A stretch of DNA of 48,806 nucleotides from contig JAEOUE010000030.1 in the NCBI GenBank assembly GCA_016839515.1, forward strand, positions 1 to 48,806, read 5' to 3'. This DNA is from Candidatus Hodarchaeum mangrovi. GTDB taxonomy: Archaea; Asgardarchaeota; Heimdallarchaeia; Hodarchaeales; Hodarchaeaceae. Shown piece by piece: positions 18,261 to 27,750 of this stretch (within the stretch, counting starts at the first letter, position 1; each line of letters starts with the position of its first letter). The position numbers were made by a program, and so were the translations under genes. The notes under the pieces were generated by a model. The model saw nothing but the letters and a program-made list of their open reading frames with translations, was not told the origin of the DNA and searched no databases.

Positions 18261-21200
18261 TTATTCATTTCTACTATCCATATAAGATTCTATACGACCC
18301 AACACTTCTTTTTTTCTTCTAAGACGTACACGTGATTTAATTTGCTTTATTTTATTAGCTGAAAGTCCATATACGGTTTTAAGATCTTCTTCAGGCCAAT
18401 ATAAAAAGTCGATTATTCTAGACACTCCTTTTTTGACCAATTCCTCAGCAACAGGTATCGGAAGATTTGCTAATCTAACAACTGGATTTTCTAAATCACG
18501 AAGACAAGCATTAATTAATTTTGAAGGAATTATATCCTCTGGAATAAAATTATTTCTTTTGAGATGAAAATATAAATCTTCAATATTATCGATGCCCATT
18601 TCTTTGAAAACTTCAATGTATTCTTCTGGAATTCGTACTAAATTCTCTATTGGTGTCCCTAAATTCTTCTTTCTTTTCATTGCTCCAAGATCAATTTTTC
18701 TTAAACGAGAAACTTCATACCGCTTAATTTCTAATAAATCTGCTAATTCATCCTTATTCCAAAATAGAAATTCGATAGTTGATGTAATCCCAGCATTGAA
18801 TAGAAGGGGAATTTTTTGAGGAGAAGTTTCTTGAATATTAGGTAAAATTGCCACAGGTTTTTCAAGCACTCGTTTAATACTTTCAACTGAATTTAAAAGG
18901 GATTTTGGAACCTGTTCTAACTCAAGGCGAAAATAAAGATCAATTACATCATTAATTCCGAGCTTTTGAATCTGTTCCAGTTGATTTGTGGTGAAAGCAC
19001 GTAAAGAAGATAATTTTACTCTGAATTCAGATTCGCTTTTTTTATGAGTAATTATACTAACGAGATTCAAACTATCTCTGGCTCTATTATATTCTTCTTC
19101 GCTAATATTCATTGGATTTTCAAGTTGAGAAAATTCAGTTTGTATAAATTGAAATACAGAGGTTATTCCATTAAAAGCTAGTGGAATAACATACTGAGAA
19201 GGTAGTAACGAATAGTAAGCTAGTGAGGAATTGAGTGCGTCTTTTAAATTAGCTAGTCGAGACTTTAGTTGATCAGATAATGCTAAATTTTCGATCTCAA
19301 CAAAAACAAGATCCTCTAGTACTTTTATACCTAGTTTATTCAATTCCTCAAAATCAACATATCCAGATTCTATATATCGATCTAATGGTGTGGCATATTC
19401 CATTATATCACTACTAGATTGAATATCAAATCCCATTTTCAATTTCCTAATTTTTTCCTTATCCTGCCCCAATATTTTGGCTAAAGTATATGAAGGAAGG
19501 AAAAACCAATCGCTCATAGTGTTGATACCTTGATTGGAGAGTTTTCGTAACTCAGCTAGTGATAAACTTTCTGAAAGTCTATTAATTGGACTTTCGAGAA
19601 GAGAAAACAATTCTTTATGATTTTCAAGCTTAAATTCTTTACTATCATGTAAAATGATTTCTTGAACCGATGTAATTCCTTGGTTTTCCAAGTTTTTAAT
19701 ATCAGATTCGGATAAAAGAGAAGATAGTGTTTCTAGATGAATCATCTCTTCTTCTAAGCATTTTAATATTTCAGCCATTGATAAACTTGAGAGAAATGCT
19801 CTGATCTTTGGAAGAGAGGTTGAAAGTTTTTCAGCAAGTTCTTTAGGATCAGTTAAGAAAAATTGATTTACTCGCAATATTGAATGTTCCCGTAATAAAG
19901 GAAGCCATTCGCTTGGAAGTTTTGGGAAAAAACAAACTGGAATTTGTGTGAATTGATAGAGGATGGAAAAATCAATATCCTCTAGTTCATGTAAAAATTG
20001 ATTTGGATTCGTTTCTAAAATCTCTTCTAATTTTTCATCTGTAGTAACATAAACATCTCGTAAAGTAAGGATTCGCTTCTGTTTTAACTTCTTAACCTCT
20101 TCTGAATCAGGAGCAAGAGTCAAAGATAAAGGTAAGGAGATTAAAATGAGTAACTTCTCCCAGCTCTCTTGGGGTACTTTTATTTTCCGATCTCCCTTCT
20201 TTGATATATATAAATCATCACTAGAATGATTCAAAAGTTCATAAAGGGTACTGATCTTTTCTTGTTTGAGTCTATCTTGATAGACTGTAGGCAAATCAAT
20301 TTTCGAAAGAGGAATTCGTTTCAAAAGATTCAGAATTTCGTCTATGTTATAGGATTCTTGGATTACCTTAATCTTATCTGAGGGAATTTTAGTTTTCTTC
20401 TCTAATTCTTCTGGTGACGCCATAAGAAGATCTAAGATTGTTTCGATTTTATTGCCTCTTAACGTTCCAGATTCATCACCCAGAATTATCGGACTAATTT
20501 CTATAGGCATATCGAGCGTGGTTCTAATTTCTTGGATCTCCTCCCATTCAATATCACTTTGCTCAATAGATTTGGGGGTAGCTACATAATAAAGATCACC
20601 TAAACTTTCGATACCAATCCGTGCAAGCTTTTTAATCATTCTTTTGTTAATTAATGAGATTTTTGTAAGGGGAATCATCTTTTCTTCCTTCAATGATTCG
20701 ATGTTTGAATAATTCAAGCTTTCTTTCATCTCTTTAACTCGATTGGTCTCCAATTCTAATGAATTGATAAGCTTCTCATCTGTTGTTGTCAAAAAGTCAT
20801 AAAGTGTAAAAATTCCTTCATCGGCCAAGTTTTTTAGATTTTCATGAGAAAGACCTTCCAGGATCGATATAGAAGTATCAGTTGACTCTTTAATCTTAAT
20901 AAGGTTTATTCTCTGTCTTAAATTTGCAACATTCTCTGGAGGAGTTTCTAAAACCTCTGAGAGTTCTTCTTCTGAGGTTATTAATAAACGAAGAAGGGTG
21001 TCTATTTTCTTTTTTATTAAAATCCTAATATATTTATCAGCAATAATACCACTTATGAATGAGACTGGAAGGTCTAATGCTTTGATCGCCTTCTCAACGT
21101 ATCCCCAATCAAGATCATCATCTTCATCTATCATATCCTCAGAAGCACTGAAATAAAGATCTTCTACCGTTTCTATTCCATAACCAATTAATGTTGTGAT

Positions 21201-24200
21201 TGTTTTACGATTATAGCCAGCAATGATTTCAAGAGGCATGCCTTGTTCTTTAATAGCAATTGCCTGTTTAAGTTCTTTTACTTTCTCTAATGAAATTTTC
21301 AGAATTGATTTTAGCTCCTCCTCATTCCAATATATTAGCTTTATAATTTGATCGATTCCATTTTCTGCAAGTCTTTCCAAGCCATCATGGGATATACGAA
21401 CACTTGATTTAGCTCCACTACTGCTCTGAAGCTGAAGCATTGCCACAGGTGTCTCTAGAATTCGTTGATAACGCTCAACTTTTTTCCATTTCACTCCCAT
21501 AACTCCAAAAACTTCACGTCTGGCACAAAAATATAGATCTTCAACTGTTTCAAATCCTTTAGAGATTAAAATTTTAATTTCATTGTCATCAAAAACTCCT
21601 AGGCTTATGAGTGGCATACCATTTGAGAAGGAAACAAATTCCTTTAACAATTCATCAATAAAAGTCTGATCCCTACCAACAATTTCAGCTAAATCTTTTC
21701 TAGACCATGATAAAAGATCAATAAAAGTATAAATTCCGTTAGAATAGAATGAACTAATCCATTTAGATTTAATTTGAGAAATTAAAGATATTGGGGTTCT
21801 AAAGATTTTATATAACCTGTCTTTCTCTTCTATAGTTAACCCAGTAGAAGGCTGATCACTATAAGGTAATGAATAATAAATTTCTTGAAGCGATAGATTT
21901 TCATCAGTTAATTGCTGCAATTTAAACTTCTGTAGAATTGTTGATATGGCAGAAACAGGGATTGCTTTAACATTAACACTTTCTCTAATTCTTTCTAAGG
22001 TTAATGTATTCTTAATTTTGTTAATATGCTTATAAGGAATACCAGTTTTATAATGTAATTCAGAATCATGCCATATTAAGAAATCTAATATTCTAGAGAT
22101 TCCAACATGATGAAAAATGAAGTAAAAACGGTTTGGGATAGATAGAAAACAAATTGGAAGATTCAGAGCATTTAAAATATTTTGGATTTTTTCATTTAAC
22201 CTTACAGGTTTAATTTTCTCATCATTAACAACAGATTGTAGTTCCTCAAGACAATAAATATTATTCTTTTCAAGCTCAGAGAGTTCTTCCGATGATAAAA
22301 AAGGTATTGGAGATCCATAAACTCGTTTAATACTTTCTAGTACTAGAGGGTTAAGATTCTTAAATTTTAAGAGCTTTTTAGAAGGATATTTAATAAAATC
22401 AAAGACTGTTTGAATTCCAATTAATCTTAGAGCATTCTCAAGCTGTGGATCCAACCAATAAGCATTCTTTGTTGGAAAGAATTCTGCACTTTGTTCGATT
22501 TCGACCAATAGTTCATCCTGTTTCTGAGATACAAGTTTATCCACTAAACCTCTCACAATTAATAAGTCTTTTTCGTTTGCTAAAAGAAAATCAATGAGTC
22601 CTTTAACCTGGATCCTTTCTAAATCGGATTTCATAGAGATTTGAATATTAGTATACTTAAGTAAGAGTTCTTCAGTGTTTAATTCCTGAATGCTATCAGC
22701 TATCAACCTTTTAGATTGAAAAATTAGATTTTCTGCTAATTCTTGAATTTCTGCAAGTTTTTCAGAAGGAGTTTGTAAAAATTCACTAATTTTGGAAATA
22801 TTCCTCCCTCTAAGGCGGGGAGTAACACGATAATCCATCCATTCAAACGTTGCTGCTCCTATTACCTTGTTTTCATCAATATAACCCTGTTCGATTCCTT
22901 CCCGAATATTTTGTTTAATCCCTTCAAGAAGTTGAATTGAGAGGTTTGGCACATTACTTAGTTTTTCAGGAAATGTCATTAGATATTCGAAAATATTTGT
23001 AATTTTAAAAGATCTCAGTCCTTTATCAATATCTGGAGTAATCCAAGAAATTTTATTCAGATCAATGGAATCAACGGGAAAATCAATCAAAATAAGCGTT
23101 ATTGCTTTTAATTTTAACTCATATATTAATTTCTCCTGGAAGAATTCTACCAAACGAAGTTGGGAAATGGGAGTAACAAAAAAATCTAATGTTGAGACAA
23201 TCCATCGTTTATTTAAAGCACGATGAATCCTAGGAGCTTCCTTATATTTTCCATAATCATTTTCGATGATTTTACTAAAAACTTCAAAATCTCGCATTGC
23301 AGGAGCTAGTTTAGATCGTTCTTCACTGGTAACTGTCCTTCTCTTTATAGTTAAAATTTCATTTTCACTAAAACCAGTTATCTTGCTTAATTCAGCACTT
23401 GAAGCCTTTAAAAATTGATATATTGTCTGAATATTATTTTCTACAAGCATGGCATAAGTTTCAGGAAGTAACCATTCACCTATATTGGAAATAAATGGGC
23501 TAGGAGGATATGACCTACGAATATGACGAGGAACAGCTGACGCAAGAGCTTTTTCAAGCTTACAAGTTTCTTCAGAGGAATTGAGTAAAAAAGGAGTGGG
23601 TGTTCCCTCTAAAATATGAGCGAGGTTGATAATAACTTTAGGAGCTGCACTTTCAAATCGTGATTGCCTTTGTTTCTCTCTTCTCTCTCTTTCCGCCCGT
23701 CCAAGATGGTGACTTAACTCTCTTGCGAGTTTCTTTAGAACACGCATAATTTCCTCTCTAAGCTCATCTACATCTGCAATATACTCCTTACTTGTTTCAG
23801 GAAAAGGTATTTTAGAAGAAACAACAGAAACTACAATAGCTATTGGTGATTTTGATATATTGATCTTATAATTCTTCCAGTTCATCTTCTGAACACATTT
23901 CGTTATAATATCATTACCAGCCCCAAATAATAAAGGGATTCGATTCGCAAATCGATAAATTCGTGGATTCCCTGATTTTGAAGATTCGTCTTTTGACAGA
24001 ATGGTTCCACCATAAGCAAGTGCAGATTCAATTATAAATGGGTGACCAGAATAGGCGGAAACGTCTCCTGTAGCTGAACGGACGAACTGAGGAGACAGTT
24101 CTTTCTCAATACCCTTTGATAGGAGTTCTGAACCTAGTGGTGATAAGGAATCTCCACTTGGTCTCCTAAATGGAAAATAATTTTGTTTTCTTCGCCTTTT

Positions 24201-25214
24201 AGGATCTGAATCAGGTATAACAAATCCTTCATGGACAATTCGTCTGATATCACTTGTAGAAAGTTCATTAGGAGAAAGATCATGAGATACCTTAATGAAG
24301 TCTAAAAATTCTTTTGCAGTTTTTTCGCCAATCCCTTGAAAATGATCCTGAAGAAAATCGACCATAGTTGAACTAGTAGTTACCGCGAGCTCCCGTTTAA
24401 ATTGAGTGATGTCAGTACCCCAAGGATGAACCTTAGCGAGCTGTGGATATGGAGGCATTTCTTCAACAACTCTTTCAAGAATTTCAGGGGTATCTGAATC
24501 AGGATATGTTATATAGAAACTAGCATAAGGTGTAATCAGAGATAGTTGAGAGAAATATTCACGAATCCACCGAGAAGCTAAATTCCATGACCCAGTGAAT
24601 GTAACTGTTACCTCTGTTCCTGAACCAATGATCGCTTCCGTAGTAGTCTGAGGGATTTCTCGTTTATTTATAATAATTGGTTCATTTTCAGCAAGATTAA
24701 TCATCAACTCGTGATAACTTGTAAAATCTTCATTTAAATGCTTCGATTTAATAATTAGAGGTAGATCAACTGAAGACATGGCATTTAAAAGAACCATTTT
24801 AGCACCCAAACCAAATCGCCCACGAGATTGGCGAGAACCATAATTACTGCCAGTCAAGACTCTACCAAAAAGAGGAGGGATAAATTCGCTTTCAATACCA
24901 CTCCCATTATCTCGTACGCTTAATCTTAGAAAATCTATTTTCTCTGATGACTCAAAAGTTTTTATATTCAGAAGCTTAGCGATTTCTTCCTTCATTAATC
25001 GTTGAATCACAATATGGAGTTCAGGTAAATGACCAACACGTTCAGCTGCATCTAAACCATTTTCCACAAGCTCACGAACACTTGTAAAGACAACTCGCAT
25101 TGTGTTATCAAAGCCTGCGATTGCCTTATTATCTTGGAAAAAATCGGCTGCTGACCTTTTAACTACTTTCTCTCTTGCAATAGGCTCTTCTTTAGCCTTA
25201 GCAGCCTTACCCAT
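18261..25214 (-). CDS. top6B: DNA topoisomerase VI subunit B fused to a ~1750 aa tandem HhH-repeat array
   Basis: aa 1-~570 contain GHKL motifs (RELVENGLDA, DNGSGI, QSRGRFGLG, GTEV), H2TH (HFQGIGEKTA) and the transducer (RFANRIPLL, WKNY, PFPETSKE). The rest is about 28 units of P-h-x-x-h...L-x-x-x-G-I-x-T-h-x-D/E-h in one uninterrupted frame. Confidence 0.93.
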   Translation of the reverse strand: MGKAAKAKEEPIAREKVVKRSAADFFQDNKAIAGFDNTMRVVFTSVRELVENGLDAAERVGHLPELHIVIQRLMKEEIAKLLNIKTFESSEKIDFLRLSVRDNGSGIESEFIPPLFGRVLTGSNYGSRQSRGRFGLGAKMVLLNAMSSVDLPLIIKSKHLNEDFTSYHELMINLAENEPIIINKREIPQTTTEAIIGSGTEVTVTFTGSWNLASRWIREYFSQLSLITPYASFYITYPDSDTPEILERVVEEMPPYPQLAKVHPWGTDITQFKRELAVTTSSTMVDFLQDHFQGIGEKTAKEFLDFIKVSHDLSPNELSTSDIRRIVHEGFVIPDSDPKRRRKQNYFPFRRPSGDSLSPLGSELLSKGIEKELSPQFVRSATGDVSAYSGHPFIIESALAYGGTILSKDESSKSGNPRIYRFANRIPLLFGAGNDIITKCVQKMNWKNYKINISKSPIAIVVSVVSSKIPFPETSKEYIADVDELREEIMRVLKKLARELSHHLGRAERERREKQRQSRFESAAPKVIINLAHILEGTPTPFLLNSSEETCKLEKALASAVPRHIRRSYPPSPFISNIGEWLLPETYAMLVENNIQTIYQFLKASSAELSKITGFSENEILTIKRRTVTSEERSKLAPAMRDFEVFSKIIENDYGKYKEAPRIHRALNKRWIVSTLDFFVTPISQLRLVEFFQEKLIYELKLKAITLILIDFPVDSIDLNKISWITPDIDKGLRSFKITNIFEYLMTFPEKLSNVPNLSIQLLEGIKQNIREGIEQGYIDENKVIGAATFEWMDYRVTPRLRGRNISKISEFLQTPSEKLAEIQELAENLIFQSKRLIADSIQELNTEELLLKYTNIQISMKSDLERIQVKGLIDFLLANEKDLLIVRGLVDKLVSQKQDELLVEIEQSAEFFPTKNAYWLDPQLENALRLIGIQTVFDFIKYPSKKLLKFKNLNPLVLESIKRVYGSPIPFLSSEELSELEKNNIYCLEELQSVVNDEKIKPVRLNEKIQNILNALNLPICFLSIPNRFYFIFHHVGISRILDFLIWHDSELHYKTGIPYKHINKIKNTLTLERIRESVNVKAIPVSAISTILQKFKLQQLTDENLSLQEIYYSLPYSDQPSTGLTIEEKDRLYKIFRTPISLISQIKSKWISSFYSNGIYTFIDLLSWSRKDLAEIVGRDQTFIDELLKEFVSFSNGMPLISLGVFDDNEIKILISKGFETVEDLYFCARREVFGVMGVKWKKVERYQRILETPVAMLQLQSSSGAKSSVRISHDGLERLAENGIDQIIKLIYWNEEELKSILKISLEKVKELKQAIAIKEQGMPLEIIAGYNRKTITTLIGYGIETVEDLYFSASEDMIDEDDDLDWGYVEKAIKALDLPVSFISGIIADKYIRILIKKKIDTLLRLLITSEEELSEVLETPPENVANLRQRINLIKIKESTDTSISILEGLSHENLKNLADEGIFTLYDFLTTTDEKLINSLELETNRVKEMKESLNYSNIESLKEEKMIPLTKISLINKRMIKKLARIGIESLGDLYYVATPKSIEQSDIEWEEIQEIRTTLDMPIEISPIILGDESGTLRGNKIETILDLLMASPEELEKKTKIPSDKIKVIQESYNIDEILNLLKRIPLSKIDLPTVYQDRLKQEKISTLYELLNHSSDDLYISKKGDRKIKVPQESWEKLLILISLPLSLTLAPDSEEVKKLKQKRILTLRDVYVTTDEKLEEILETNPNQFLHELEDIDFSILYQFTQIPVCFFPKLPSEWLPLLREHSILRVNQFFLTDPKELAEKLSTSLPKIRAFLSSLSMAEILKCLEEEMIHLETLSSLLSESDIKNLENQGITSVQEIILHDSKEFKLENHKELFSLLESPINRLSESLSLAELRKLSNQGINTMSDWFFLPSYTLAKILGQDKEKIRKLKMGFDIQSSSDIMEYATPLDRYIESGYVDFEELNKLGIKVLEDLVFVEIENLALSDQLKSRLANLKDALNSSLAYYSLLPSQYVIPLAFNGITSVFQFIQTEFSQLENPMNISEEEYNRARDSLNLVSIITHKKSESEFRVKLSSLRAFTTNQLEQIQKLGINDVIDLYFRLELEQVPKSLLNSVESIKRVLEKPVAILPNIQETSPQKIPLLFNAGITSTIEFLFWNKDELADLLEIKRYEVSRLRKIDLGAMKRKKNLGTPIENLVRIPEEYIEVFKEMGIDNIEDLYFHLKRNNFIPEDIIPSKLINACLRDLENPVVRLANLPIPVAEELVKKGVSRIIDFLYWPEEDLKTVYGLSANKIKQIKSRVRLRRKKEVLGRIESYMDSRNE
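18264..23510 (-). repeat. Protein-level tandem repeat: about 28 alpha-CTD/RadA-N-like HhH units of ~50-75 aa
   Basis: Examples: LRLIGIQTVFDF, FHHVGISRILDF, YSNGIYTFIDL, ISKGFETVEDLY, IGYGIETVEDLY, ADEGIFTLYDF, ARIGIESLGDLY, ENQGITSVQEI, FNAGITSTIEF, KEMGIDNIEDLY, VKKGVSRIIDF. Counted by eye; no exact DNA repeats are visible. Confidence 0.85.
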
Positions 25215-25231
25215 GATATTACCACCTAATT

Positions 25232-27730
25232 TTATTCAGAAATCTCTTCATTTGATAAAATCGCGACCGAGGAAATTGTTATTCCTTCATCAAGTTTCAT
25301 TAAAGTGACACCCGAAGTTGCACGACCTATGACTCTAATTCCAGTAATTGGAATCTGTATAAGCTTTCCATCACTTGCCACCATTAGTACATCATCAGTA
25401 TCGGCAACAGCTTTTACTGCAATTACATTACCATTTCTGCGTGTAGTTCGAATATTTATAACACCCTTTCCATTTCTTCGAGTATGTCGATACTTATCAA
25501 ATTCGGATTTCTTTCCATATCCATTTTCACATACGGTCAATAACGTTTTATTCTCATCTACAATTGCCAAATCTACTACAGTATCATTTGCCTTTGTATT
25601 TAATTGAATTCCACGTACACCAATACTACTACGTCCAACTGCGCGTACTTCATTTTCTGAAAAGCGAATTGCCTTTCCATTAGAAGTTGCCAGAATGATA
25701 TCTTTTTTACCATCAGTTATTTTTACACCAACAATTTTATCACTATCTTTTAGCTGAATCGCAATAATTCCCGTTGATCGAATATTAGCATAATCACTCA
25801 ACGGAGTTTTTTTAATCATTCCATATTGAGTTGCTAGTATTAGGTATCGTTCTTCTTCAAAATCAGAAATTGGAATCATGGCCTCAATCTCGTCCTCAGG
25901 ATCTAATTTAAGGAGATTTACTATATTTACTCCTTTCGTGACTCTTTGTTTTGATCGGGGGATTTCATACCCTTTAACACGATAGACTTTTCCTTTTTCT
26001 GTAAAGAAAAGTACCGTATCATGTGTAGAAGAGATGATCATCTCTTTAAGGAAATCATCCTTTCCAATTTCCATGGATTTAATACCTTTACCGCCCCTTT
26101 GTTGGACATTGTATGCCTCTGCTGAAATAGATTTAATATACAAATTATTTGTTAAGGTAATGACGATATCCTCTTTTGATATAAAATCTTCTTCTGCTTT
26201 ACCACTCCAATCTTCAAATCCTTGAGAACTGTCATCTACGATTTCAGTTCGACGTTTATCACCAAATTTTTTCTTAATTTCCTCTAATTCATCAACCATT
26301 ATCTCAAATTGACGCCTTTCTTTAGCTAGAATATCTTTGTAATCATCAATACTGTGTAATATTTTGTTATATTCTTCAATAATTTTTTGACGGTCAAACC
26401 TTGTTAAACTTCTTAAGGGAAGTGAGAGAATATCTTTCACTTGAATTTCACTGAATGAAAATTGATCCATTAACAAAATTTGGGCATCTGCTGCCGTTTC
26501 TGATTTTCTTATTATCGCAATCACTTCATCCAAGTTTTCAACAACGATTCGCCGACCTTCTAAAATATGCCTACGTTCCTCAGCTTTTCTCAGTTCATAT
26601 TGGGTTCTTTTAAGTATTATTTCATGTCGATGTTTAATAAAATGGCTAATTAATTGTTTTAAATTAAGCAATTTTGGTCTTAAACGAATCTCATCGCCAA
26701 CAGGTACATCGATCAAAACCATATTTCTTATCGTGTAAGAATTTTGCATCGGGGTATATTTGAAGAGTCGATTAAGAACAATATCTAAATTTGCTGATTT
26801 TTTCAAGTTGATGATAATTCTTGTACCCCTAATAATGTTAGATTCGTTTTTAACACTCCCAATCTCAGGAAGTTTACCTGATTCTTTCATATTTTCAATA
26901 ATATCAACAAGACCTTTATGTTCGATTGTATCCTGTCTTTTTACTAAATAGGGAACCTCTGTAACGATAATCCGGGTTATATTCTTTTTTTCCTCAACTT
27001 CATATTTTGCTCTTAAAATTAAACTCCCACTTCCCCTATGATAAGCCCTTTTTATCCCTGAAGTTCCAAAAATAACTCCTCCCATTGGAAAATCTGGCCC
27101 AGGAATTATTTTGATTAATTCGTCAACTGTTATCTCTGGATTTCTTATCGTGGCAATAACCCCATCTAAGATCTCAGAAAGATTATGGGGTGGCATTGAG
27201 GTAGCCATACCGACAGCAATTCCCATTACTCCATTAATTAATAAATTAGGAATTCGAGTAGGAAGAATAACGGGTTCTTTATCTAATCCATCGAAATTAT
27301 CAACGAATGTAACAGTTTCCTTGTCAATATCATGAAGCATTTCATCTGTTATCCGATGCATTCTCGCTTCTGTATATCTTTGAGCAGCTGGAGGTTGACC
27401 ATCCATGCTACCAAAATTTCCTTGACCCTGAATCAACGGATAGCGTAGTGTAAAATCCTGTGCCATGCGTACTAAAGCATCATAGACTGCTGTTTCTCCA
27501 TGAGGATGATATTTTGCATTTGTTTCTCCTATAGTTCGAGCACATTTTCTTAATGGCTTATTATGAGTTAATCCTAGATTATACATAGCCCATAAAATTC
27601 GCCTATGAACTGGTTTGAGTCCATCACGAACATGAGGAAGAGCTCGACTTGTGATAACAGACATAGAGTATTCTAAGTAACTCTTTGACATAGTTTTTTC
27701 AATGGGAGTTGAAATTATATTACTACTCAT
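25232..27730 (-). CDS. gyrA: DNA gyrase subunit A
   Basis: YSMSVI.SRALP.VRDGLKPVHRRIL, KYHPHG, catalytic AAQRYTEAR, GIAVGMAT and PGPDFP. The beta-pinwheel CTD carries an intact GyrA-box (QQRGGKG). Confidence 0.97.
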   Translation of the reverse strand: MSSNIISTPIEKTMSKSYLEYSMSVITSRALPHVRDGLKPVHRRILWAMYNLGLTHNKPLRKCARTIGETNAKYHPHGETAVYDALVRMAQDFTLRYPLIQGQGNFGSMDGQPPAAQRYTEARMHRITDEMLHDIDKETVTFVDNFDGLDKEPVILPTRIPNLLINGVMGIAVGMATSMPPHNLSEILDGVIATIRNPEITVDELIKIIPGPDFPMGGVIFGTSGIKRAYHRGSGSLILRAKYEVEEKKNITRIIVTEVPYLVKRQDTIEHKGLVDIIENMKESGKLPEIGSVKNESNIIRGTRIIINLKKSANLDIVLNRLFKYTPMQNSYTIRNMVLIDVPVGDEIRLRPKLLNLKQLISHFIKHRHEIILKRTQYELRKAEERRHILEGRRIVVENLDEVIAIIRKSETAADAQILLMDQFSFSEIQVKDILSLPLRSLTRFDRQKIIEEYNKILHSIDDYKDILAKERRQFEIMVDELEEIKKKFGDKRRTEIVDDSSQGFEDWSGKAEEDFISKEDIVITLTNNLYIKSISAEAYNVQQRGGKGIKSMEIGKDDFLKEMIISSTHDTVLFFTEKGKVYRVKGYEIPRSKQRVTKGVNIVNLLKLDPEDEIEAMIPISDFEEERYLILATQYGMIKKTPLSDYANIRSTGIIAIQLKDSDKIVGVKITDGKKDIILATSNGKAIRFSENEVRAVGRSSIGVRGIQLNTKANDTVVDLAIVDENKTLLTVCENGYGKKSEFDKYRHTRRNGKGVINIRTTRRNGNVIAVKAVADTDDVLMVASDGKLIQIPITGIRVIGRATSGVTLMKLDEGITISSVAILSNEEISE

Positions 27731-27750
27731 AGTTAACCATCTTATAGAGA

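Noticed and set aside
18261-23510. Top6B extension as an intein or an assembly-expanded repeat
   Set aside because: It is C-terminal rather than inserted in a conserved motif, shows no intein splice or LAGLIDADG motifs, and its units are too diverged to be a DNA-level repeat artefact.
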